Assembly: GCA_054661495.1 (NCBI GenBank)
Contig: BAAFSQ010000050.1
Location: 20,807 to 52,806 of the forward strand
Source: Zygophlyctis sp. KS116
Lineage: Eukaryota > Fungi > Chytridiomycota
Length of the DNA stretch: 32,000 nucleotides
Direction: 5' to 3'
In this document: positions 23,091-32,000 of the stretch, piece after piece
How positions within the stretch are numbered: the stretch's first letter is position 1
How the letters are laid out: each line of letters begins with the position of its first letter
Translations under genes and position numbers: made by a program
The notes under the pieces: generated by a model
Told to the model about the DNA's origin: nothing
The model's database searches: none
What the model saw: only the letters and a program-made list of their open reading frames with translations

Positions 23091-23703
23091 ATGGGAAAAA
23101 CTAAAAAAACTAAAAGATTTGCTACCGTCAAGAGAATGATCTCATCCTCAGACTCTAGATTGTAATTTATGAATTTTAAATTTTAGAAAAAAGAATTCTG
23201 TTGCTGCAAAACCAGAAAAGGAAACTGTTCAAGCCACTCAAGTCTCTTCTTCTCTCTTTTTTAAACATAATGAAGCACTAGGACCGCCCTATCATGTCAT
23301 TATAGACACTAATTTCATTAATTTCTCTATTCAGAATAAATTAGAATTGGTACAGGGAATGATGGATGTCTTATTTGCTAAATGTACTCCTTGCATCACA
23401 GACTGTGTTTTAGCAGAATTAGAGAAATTGGGAGTTAAATATAGAATTGCATTACAAGTAGCTAGAGATCCTAGATTTGAAAGACTAATTTGCAGTCATA
23501 AGGGTACTTATGCTGATGATTGCATTGTTAATAGAGTCATGCAGGTAATTACTATAATTTTCTAAAATTAGAACAAGTGCTATATTGTTGCTACTTGTGA
23601 TCGAGATTTGAAAAGAAGACTTCGAAAAATTCCTGGAGTTCCAATCATGTATATTGCTAGTAGAAAATATGCAATTGAAAGACTCCCAGAATTACCTTTA
23701 TAG
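23091..23703 (+). CDS. FCF1: rRNA-processing PIN nuclease Fcf1/Utp24, 186 aa
   Basis: [48 protein letters not shown] and [21 protein letters not shown]. Introns 23162-23186 (25) and 23545-23571 (27). Confidence 0.96.
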
Positions 23704-24335
23704 ACTAATAATTCACATTTAAAAAGAAGAGTCAAATTTTTGAGATCTGCGCGTAATTCCCGCTAATTCTGACTAATTACCATTAAAGATGTGCCGATCC
23801 CACTAATTTAAAGGAAATTCCGAGTATTAATGACTCTTGCACTCGTTTTAGACTATTTTAATAGTTTAAAATATTAAATAAATCTTGTTTTTTGTTTGTT
23901 AAAAAGTCTATAAATTTAATACACATATATTCCGTAATGATTAATGCGAGAGTTTTTTTCAAAGTTCTCAAATTCTAGAAAAAAAGGAATTTATAGGAAT
24001 TTTATAGGAATTTTAAAACTTTTTATTATAATTCATTGTAACATGATCTGCAATAATGATCTGCATTGAAACATTCAAAAGATCGATGGTTCAAATCGAT
24101 CGAGCGCTGCTTAGAGTTGGACTCTGCTCCAGCCTTGGCTAGACAAAGTCTCTGGATCTGATTCATTTGTCCAATAAATTCCGTGAGAGATCTCCTTAAG
24201 AATCGATTGCCTGTAGTTGGATCAAGGCATCGATTGTAAGCGGACGTTGTGGCGCCGAATTTAGGCTCGCGTTTACGATGACAAGGTCCATCTGATCGGC
24301 TATTCCTTCCGGACAATCGAATAAAAAGTCTTAAA

Positions 24336-26305
24336 ATGAAGCCAGAGAATGTTGACAATGCTATTAAAACATCCCAGTACTTGTTTGATGGGAACCCATC
24401 ATTAGAAAATTCAACAGCAAAAATGGAACCTGACCTTTTATCAATTCCTGGAAGCAATCAAAACTATTTAGGAGCTGTTTTGGATGAATCCATGGAAGAT
24501 TCAATTCAAAAAGTATTGGGAGACATAACGGTCAATTCTGATCAAAAGCAGACGAATATAGGTACAAGCATTGCGTATGTACCAGTTGCATTTCCTGCTT
24601 ATTCTACAAGTTATGTACCACATACAGTCTATGGATATGTACCAAATGGACTCTCCCCCTTTCCAATGTATTCATACAATCCTCAAAGTACGGATAAAGA
24701 TAAGGAAATTTGGGCGGCCGCTAGTAAGAAAATTTATTAAAGAAATTAGATAATTATTCCTCAAGGCTTCCATGGCCGTATCTTTCTTTTGGAACTCAGG
24801 CATGTAATTCTATAGATGGAAAGAATCAATCAATAAATAAGGGTGTTTTTACCAATGGTATGATACCAGGTAATGGTACTACTAATGGGTTTCAAAATTC
24901 GTCTCAAATGACTAATCATGCTTCTCTTAATCAAGGATCTTTTATTTATCAGAACGGAAATTCAAATTCTTCAATGGCAAAGCCGATAAATGATTTGCCA
25001 ATTCCACAGGCAAATATTTTGGGTAATTTACTTGGTCCTGAATTGGCACAGGCTTCAAGTAATGGATTAAACGGCATATTTCCAAATGTTACACCGCAAA
25101 TGGTACCTAATGAGCTTATAATTCCTCAATCTGCACAGGCAAATCATATGCCTGCAATGTTGGGACATGTATTTCCAAATAAGACTGTGTCTCAAAATGG
25201 AGTTTTAAATGGTATTCATAATCTTACAATGGCCAATGGAGTTCCCTTGATGGTATCTCATGGAATTCCTACAATGGTAACAAATCCAATTCTTTCAGAT
25301 GGGATTCCAATTGGATTGCCAAATGGGATTCCGACAAACTTACCGAATGGAATTCCTCAGAATGTGAATATGAATCCTGGTATATCTGTTAAACATCCAG
25401 GGCTTGATCCAAATGCTCTATCAAGACCTCTAGATGGTGCAAATTTTGTAAACTTACACAATGATGTGATTTATGATCCTCTCACTCAGACTCCAATCCT
25501 TTGGAATCACTTGGCAAGAACGCCTCTTATGGTAAATCCTATAAAAGAGAATGATATGACTATATCTTCTCTACCTCGTGAGATTCAACCACCTCACTTT
25601 TTAAATGTATATCCTATAACAGGAGTTCCAATGCCGACATTGATAGCTGCAAGTCCGCTAGTCGGCAAGCCCAAAAAAAGCTTTATTGAAGATCCGAGCA
25701 AAAATAGAAAATATGCTGTATGATGTCAATTACTTAATATATAGTGTAAATATTGTTCTAAAAGATTTTCTAGGCCTAGTTCACTTCAAACTCATACATA
25801 TACACACACTGGAGAAAGGCCATTCCCTTGTACCCTGCCCAACTGTGGCAGAAGCTTTTCAGTTCTATCAAATTTAAGAAGGCATTTGCATGTTTGTCAA
25901 AAGAATTTAAGCAAACGTCTTCAGTTGAATGAATATCTTCAGAGGTCTACGGCCAACGAACCAACCAAAACAGAAAGTATAGAATGTAATAGTCCAAAGA
26001 CTGAAAAAACAAATGCTACTCTGCCTGAAATTGAACCTGTCCCAGATCAAATACAAGTGGAAAAACCAACATCATCATCTAATGACGCTGCATCTTCTTC
26101 TAATGGATCCAATTCGGATACAAGATCGACAGATTCGGGCTCAGAGGAAACAAAGAATGACTCTGGAATCGGTGGTTCTGTGAGTTCTAAAGGAAGCAGA
26201 CGTGCGGAATCAACTGGTATTGATGCAAGCAAAAACAAACCTGCAGGGAAAATTGAAGAATCAAGAACATCTTCAAAGAACAATATAAACGTCAATAGTG
26301 CATAA
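24336..26305 (+). CDS. Two-finger C2H2 transcription factor (fungal Nrg1-like finger pair) with long N/P/G-rich region, about 638 aa
   Basis: Introns 24724-24749 (26) and 25718-25744 (27) join three track ORFs into one frame. Fingers read [51 protein letters not shown]. Confidence 0.88.
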
Positions 26306-26381
26306 AAGTATAATTGGCATGATTTAGAAACAGTTTTAGTTAAATTGAATTTTGAATTTTTTGTAGAAGGGTTTTACTTGA

Positions 26382-27819
26382 ATGTCTTACAATAATATTG
26401 GCCTTGCGACAGCTAGAGGTACTGGAACCAATGGTTTTATCTCCAGAAATCTGTCCACTCTTAAGAATCCCATTAGAAAAAACTATAGTCATGATGAACC
26501 AGCTATTCCAAACAGAAAGCCAAACTTGGAGCTTTTAGAGCATGAAGCAAAGAGAAGAATAGAAATTAAAGTTATGGAATTTGCTGATACTCTTATTGGA
26601 CTTGATGAAGATGATATTTTAGCAAAGTGTGATGAATACCGTAACAAGTTGATGCTGGATTTTAACCCAATTCCTGATAAAGTTAGACCACATCAAGTGC
26701 ATGAGGTTGCCGTTTTAAAGGAAAAGGCGAATAAAAGATTTGCAGAGGCGCTTAGTATTGGCAATGGTGAAGAGTATTTATTGTTTTTTGTTAATATATA
26801 GAAGAAAAAGACAAAATCCTAATGAAGATGACAGCGATTCAAGAAGGAAATATCGCCGACATAGAAGGGACTCTCCTCTGCGGCTAGAAAGGGATAATGA
26901 GGAAGGAGAGATATCTCCAGAAAGATCACGTAACGTTTCGCCGCCAAGAGGTCGACGTCGAAAAGATACATCGCCTAGAAGATCTAAAAGTCCTCCAAAA
27001 AGCGTTAGAGACTCTCCCAGAAGATCAAGAAATGATTCACCTTTACAAAGACGAAGAAAAGACGATAGTATATCTCCAAAAAGATCCAGAAGTCCTCCTA
27101 GAAGACGTGGAAGAGATGATGATGGTTCCCTAAGCAGATCAAGAAGTCCTCCTAGAAGGAAAGTCAGCTATGGTAGTGGTGCACATAGAAGGAATGATCC
27201 ACAAAGAGAACGAAATATATCTCCAAAAAGATCAAGAAGTCCTCCTAGAAGACGTGCTAGAGATGATGATGATTCTACAAGCAGATCCAGAAGTCCTCCT
27301 AGAAGAAGAGGTAGAGACGAGAGTGGTTCTCCAAGCAGATCCAGAAGTCCTCCCAGAAGAAAAGATCGAGATGATAGTGGTTCCCCTAGAGATACACATA
27401 AAAGACCTACAAGTACTCCAAGAGAAAGTGTCAGATATGATAGTGGTGCACATAGAGGAAACTCTCCACAAAAAGTAAGGAAAGAGGATAGTATATCTCC
27501 CAGAAGATCTAATAGTCCTCCTAGAAGACGAGGAAGAGAGTATGGTGGCTCTCCAAGAAGATCTAGATCTCCTTCTAGAAGACGGGAAAAAGATGATAGT
27601 GGCTCTCGTGGATTTCAGAAAAAAGGAAAAGATGTCAACATTTCCCCTAGAAGACGGAGAAGTTACAATGATCGCAGTTCATCTAAAGGATCAAGAAAAG
27701 CCTCTCCAAAAAGACGAATTAATCGCCAATCTTCAAATAGTCGGACCAGAACCCGGAAAAGATCTCCATCCCGCTCGGATTCTGGCTCTTCATACTCCTC
27801 TGACTCCAGCAGATCTTAA
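26382..27819 (+). CDS. CWC21: Cwc21/SRRM2-like splicing factor (cwf21 domain plus RS tail), about 469 aa
   Basis: MSYNNIGLATARGTGTNGFISRN and LLEHEAKRRIEIKVMEF. Intron 26774-26801 (28 nt) joins the Arg/Ser/Pro-rich exon. Confidence 0.92.
26960..27660 (+). repeat. Degenerate coding repeats of the CWC21 RS domain
   Basis: Recurrent AGAAGTCCTCCTAGAAG (RSPPRR), ATATCTCCAAAAAGATC and TAGTGGTGCACATAGA blocks. Confidence 0.85.
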
Positions 27820-27886
27820 TGTTGTATTAGAGAATGCAAATTAAATTTATAAATTGATTGAATTGCAAGTTAAATTTAAATGAAAT

Positions 27887-28303
27887 TCATGCAGGACTTT
27901 CTTTATTACAGACTTTTTTCATATGTCTACGAAGATTAGAGATGACTGAAAAACTCTGATCACAATTGGGCATTGGGCATTTGAATGGTTTTTCTCCTGT
28001 ATGAGAATTCATATGTATCTTTACTCCACTAGGCCTTGAAAAAGTTTTCCCACATTTTAAGCACTGATTATTAATTTCTAATCAAATTACCAAATGATTT
28101 TTTTTGGAATGATAGTCTACTTTTTTCAGCTTTAATCTGTCGCTTGTCGGTATGAAGATAGATTTAATCAAGTTTGGAAGTACGGCTGTGGGAAAAGTGT
28201 CATGGCTGAGGATGCATTGTGTACTACATTCTAGTTCTACACTTGTTGTATCATGATTAATTAGCCTTTCAATCAGTATGCGACCTTCTTTGCGCTCTGC
28301 CAT
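27887..28303 (-). CDS. Small two-finger C2H2 protein (Nrg1-like finger pair), 129 aa
   Basis: Intron 28064-28090 (27 nt) joins the track ORF to an unlisted exon reading CLKCGKTFSRPSGVKIHMNSH-TGEKPF-KCPMPNCDQSFSVISNLRRHMKKVC. Confidence 0.88.
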
Positions 28304-28486
28304 TATAGGTTTTTTTAAAACAGTGGATGATGATCAGCGGTGAAGAGCAGCGCAGTGTCCGACGTTGGCAAATTTTCGCTCGAGTCGATCCTGAATGGAC
28401 GGGACCATCGACACAGTAATCATGATGATACCCCCATGCTTTGCCTCACACCCTCTAATCGAATTTACAGATCTGTATTAAGTAAA

Positions 28487-31400
28487 TCATTTCCATCCTT
28501 TTAGTAACTCCTCGACTCTTTTTGAATTATGTGATCCACGAACAGATGCTGAATTAAGCTTTGGAAAAAAACTGTCTATGGTGGGTTGAGCAGATTGACC
28601 ATTGTGTTTTTTGATTTCTTTGATTACTGGCATTAATATTTGGTCGGTTTTGATTTGGCTCCAGCCAGCTTTTTCCATCATAAAATGGCGTATCTTTTCT
28701 ATATTTGGTATGCCAAAGGTAAATTGTTCACAATTACTGCTAGTCAAAGGGTTCATGTAAGCATCATATACTCGTAAATCGGGAAAAGTATCTGGGATCA
28801 ATAATTTTGCTGCAGTTTTTCTCTAATTTTAGATTTTCTTCTACTGAACTTACCAATTTATTTTTTAAAATTGAATCATTACTGTGATTTTGCAGATTTT
28901 GAATACCTTCCACCCAATTTTTAAATTGAATCAAACTATCAACGCCACCATAATCCCATTCTCTTAATATTTCTAATGAAGTAACTGGGCCCAGTCCTTT
29001 CAATCCTGGAGTATAATCTGATCCAAGCAGGTAAGCTAGTCTAATAAGCTTATCTCGATCTAGTTTCATTTTGTCAAAAATATCATCTGCTGTGAACAGC
29101 TCACAGTATTTCTGCTGATTAAAGAAATGTCGATACACCTGAGTACCTCCGAAAAGAAAAACATCTGAATCATCAGTGATAATTCCATCAGCTATTTTGT
29201 GATTCACCAGGAATGCACATTCAGATTCGGCTTCTGAAGGACTTACCAAATAGGGGAGTCCAAATAACTGAATTAATTCTTTAGTCTCCATTATCATCAA
29301 CGAATTGATGTCTGATGCATCTCGAAATTCTTTTCTTTGTTTATTCATTAAGTCCTCCAATTCTGATTCTATTTCTTTTGTAAGTTCACCGGAATTGAAC
29401 GTAGAAAAAAATTGATCAAGAATTTGGGTTTCTTCATCCATATCTCCTGGAATTTCTAAACTTTCATCCGAAAACTCTGAATAGGCGTCAAATTGCATGG
29501 ATACACTACTTTTTGCCGTTTCAATAGATGATCCCTGATTATTATCAAGCATCGATTCATTATATGCTGCTTCTTTAGTAAATAATTGATATACCTTTAT
29601 ATAGTGATCTACTTATCCCACCTATTGATTTGGTATTACTGAAAAGATCTAAATTTTGAGTTTTAGGATGTGAGTTTTGTTCCTTAGACTCAGGATCTAG
29701 AAAGCTACTGCTGCCAATAGTAAGTTTCGAGTCAACACGTTCTAAATCAAAGTTTTCTGCGGGACTAGTATCAAAAAGTGTATCTTCAACACTATGCTCC
29801 TTTACCACATCTTCAAGCACAAATTGACTTTTCATTCTTCGATTTTCACCACTTAATCTAATACACTTATCTTCATCAAATGCTATAAGACTTTCCATAT
29901 TGTCTATTTCATTGCTTTTAGAAACGTCCAAATCATCCTCTTCAAATACTATTAGATTTTCCACCTCGTCAATTCCATTGCTTTTAGAAGAAACTTTTGC
30001 ATCATCCTCTTCAAATGCTATTAGACTTTCTATCTTGTCAATTTGATTGCTTTTAGAAGAAACTTTTGCATCATCCTCTTCAAATGCTATTAGACTTTCT
30101 ATCTTGTCAATTTGATTACTTTTAGAAGACACTTTCTCATCATGCGTTTGAAACGATATCACATTTTCCATTTCATTGGTTTTAGCAGAAAAGTTGGCAT
30201 CATCCCCTTCAAACGATATCAGATTTTCCATCTTATCCTTTTCATTATCTACATCATCCAATTGAGTTTCACTAGATTCTTTTGACTTATCCGGATTATT
30301 GAAATTATGACTGATTGAATCAGGATAGAATTTACGATCTTGTATATGATCCAAAAATTGCTTCAAAAATGAAATTGTTTCTGAGTCAATTTCACTCTGA
30401 TAGTTTAATGAATTTTTATCGATAATATTTCGTATTTTAGATATATTCCCAGATATAACAGCATTTTCTATCAATTCCACGAAATCCGGTATGTCGTTAT
30501 ATACAAGGGGTTGTGCAGCAAGTATCCAATAATTTAAAAATTCCTCATTAGAAAATTGTTTCTGTTTTGGCACTGCGACTTTCGTAACGGGATTATTATA
30601 ACCATCAAATCCAAAAGAATTAGATTTTGTAGAGTATAATTCACTCCCTTCAAAAGATGCATCAGGGAGATAAAAAGGTGAGATTGAACTTTGAATTTTG
30701 ATTTCAGAGATGCAGTCATCTGGTTTCAAGCCATCCGCTTCAGCTAATCCCTTATTTTTAGAATCAGAAAATGCGTCCAAAGGTTTTAGATTTGTTACAA
30801 ATTCAAATATATCGCTACCATCAGAATCACTGGAAATCTGAACATCCTCATCATGTGATTTTTGGCTTACTAAATCAGATGGCTGATTGGACTTAACTTT
30901 CATTGCATAACCACCACTTTGATCATCTTTAATAAGAGCAAATTGTCTGTTCCTCTCTCCAACAACTCTTTTGGCAACCTTCTGACGTACCTTTGTCTCT
31001 AAATTATATGGTCTTAATAGTAAGAAATACAAATACGATACCGGGAAGTTTTTGCCACCTCGTGTGACTTTTCCGTTAAGTAATTTCTTTGAACCAAGAA
31101 TTCGATTTGTTTCTTGCTGAAGTCGAGAGCATTTCTGGAACTCGATATGATTGAATCGAGCCTTTCTTTAGATGGTTGTCTCGACTGCAGCTTTAAATCA
31201 AGAATTATAGAATATTGAACTTCAGGCGGAAGACTTTTAAATGCCGTAGATTCGATATTTGCCAATGATAAATCCAGCTTATGTGAATTTTCTTGAATAA
31301 AATCCCACAGCTCACTTTCAGACAAAAGCCTTGGATCATTTTGACTACTATTTTTCAGAAAACCCAAATTACACTTCATTCTTCGCATCAGGCAACTGAA

Positions 31401-31864
31401 ATTCATCCAATTTTAACTTCTTGCTTACTGGATCATTTTCAGAAGCCGATCGCTTGAGAGGACTATTGTTGATATTATACCTGGTACCTTTTTCCCGAAA
31501 CAGAGTCAATAGCAGCCACTTTGAGCTTCGCAGATAATATTTTTGATGCAGTATGTTTTAAATTAGCTTCCGATTGCAATCTTTTTGTTTTTCTAGCCGA
31601 GATTGTCTGTTTTTTAAGTTCTGGAGCACTTCCATCAAAAACAAAAATCGGTTTTATTCCATGGTAAAGCAATTTACAAATCCTTCTAAAAAATCCGACC
31701 AAATGTGCTCCATCGATCAATTTCCCGGAAGGATCCCTCATAGCCTTGATGAATTGATGTAACCAAATAGAAGCATCTACAGCCAGCCTTTTATTTGAGA
31801 GCGCTTCTAGCTTAATTGGCTTACCGGTATGAGAAATCAATTGCCATAGTCCTTTGACGCCCAT
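28487..31864 (-). CDS. RAD2: Rad2/XPG nucleotide excision repair endonuclease, about 1080 aa
   Basis: N domain MGVKGLW...LAVDASIWLHQF...GFFRRICKLLYHGIKPIFVFDG; I domain SPSEAESECA...ITDDSDVFLFGG; LLGSDYTPG; PIP box QPTIDSFF. Introns 31463-31487 (25), 31348-31372 (25), 31013-31041 (29), 29570-29594 (25; 22 or 28 possible) and 28823-28853 (31). Confidence 0.95.
29870..30232 (-). repeat. Coding tandem repeat in the RAD2 spacer, about 6 units of 60-69 nt
   Basis: Two exact 69-nt copies start at 29977 and 30046 on the + strand, flanked by degenerate copies. Peptide unit KVSSKSNQIDKIESLIAFEEDDA. Confidence 0.92.
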
Positions 31865-31968
31865 TTGCCAAATAACCCCTGAATTTTAGAGCACGAATAC
31901 TTAACAATGATCTACTTAAACGTTCGGACAGTCACCAGCCATTGTCTATTGAGATCGACCAGGTAAAG

Positions 31969-32000
31969 ATGGCTGGCAAGACAAAAAAAGTATGATATTC
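31969..32000 (+). CDS. Possible first exon of a gene divergent from RAD2 (MAGKTKK, then a donor site)
   Basis: ATG GCT GGC AAG ACA AAA AAA followed by GTATGA, the same donor seen at 25718. Truncated by the window edge. Confidence 0.4.

Noticed and set aside
24026-24457. 143-aa minus-strand ORF
   Set aside because: It lacks an ATG start and any recognisable motif, and it overlaps the zinc-finger gene antisense.
29870-30232. CRISPR-like array or clathrin-box cluster
   Set aside because: The repeats are contiguous, in frame and have no unique spacers. The clathrin-box resemblance (LIAFE) is implausible for a nuclear repair enzyme.
59-31762. Short antisense or alternative-frame ORFs (e.g. 59-271, 1529-1711, 9104-9385, 18267-18569, 26897-27844, 31574-31762)
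   Set aside because: They are shadows of real genes or products of the RS repeat, with no independent support.
1-32000. Alternative genetic code (TAG/TAA read as Gln, as in some aphelids and ciliates)
   Set aside because: TAA, TAG and TGA all end genes at the expected C-termini, and every internal stop except the SHMT TAG falls inside a plausible intron.
1-32000. Frameshifted pseudogenes or prokaryotic operons suggested by the fragmented ORF track
   Set aside because: The breaks coincide with GT-AG micro-introns and the proteins are eukaryotic.

Overview
This is eukaryotic nuclear DNA: AT-rich, extremely gene-dense and read with the standard genetic code. It is most likely from a zoosporic (chytrid-type) fungus, an inference from fungal-type genes (Tea4/Bud14-like, Nrg1-like zinc fingers, ANT1-like carrier) occurring together with talin, a coronin-7-like gene and the flagellar gene IFT25. 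I reconstructed 20 protein-coding genes plus a possible 21st start at the right edge: coronin-7-like (partial), RUS1, NOP58, ATP3, DHHC acyltransferase, peroxisomal carrier, IFT25, RGP1, bL28m, a FYVE protein, SHMT, a small membrane protein, talin, Tea4-like, MPO1, FCF1, two C2H2 factors, CWC21 and RAD2/XPG. The ORF track is fragmented because the genes carry ultra-short GT-AG introns. All 39 I placed by hand are modelled at 24-32 nt (mode 25; two have a possible 22-nt alternative). They lack a consistent polypyrimidine tract, often skip nearer AGs, and at least four are in-frame and stop-free. Other main observations: an in-frame TAG in the conserved core of an otherwise intact SHMT; intergenic spacers of 13-38 nt, including head-to-head start codons 22 nt apart; a full-length talin with a conserved F3 pocket and an extra C-terminal tail; a 69-nt repeat expansion in RAD2; and recurrent intergenic motifs. 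I saw no rRNA, tRNA, transposon or CRISPR sequence. All gene models are manual and lack transcript support.
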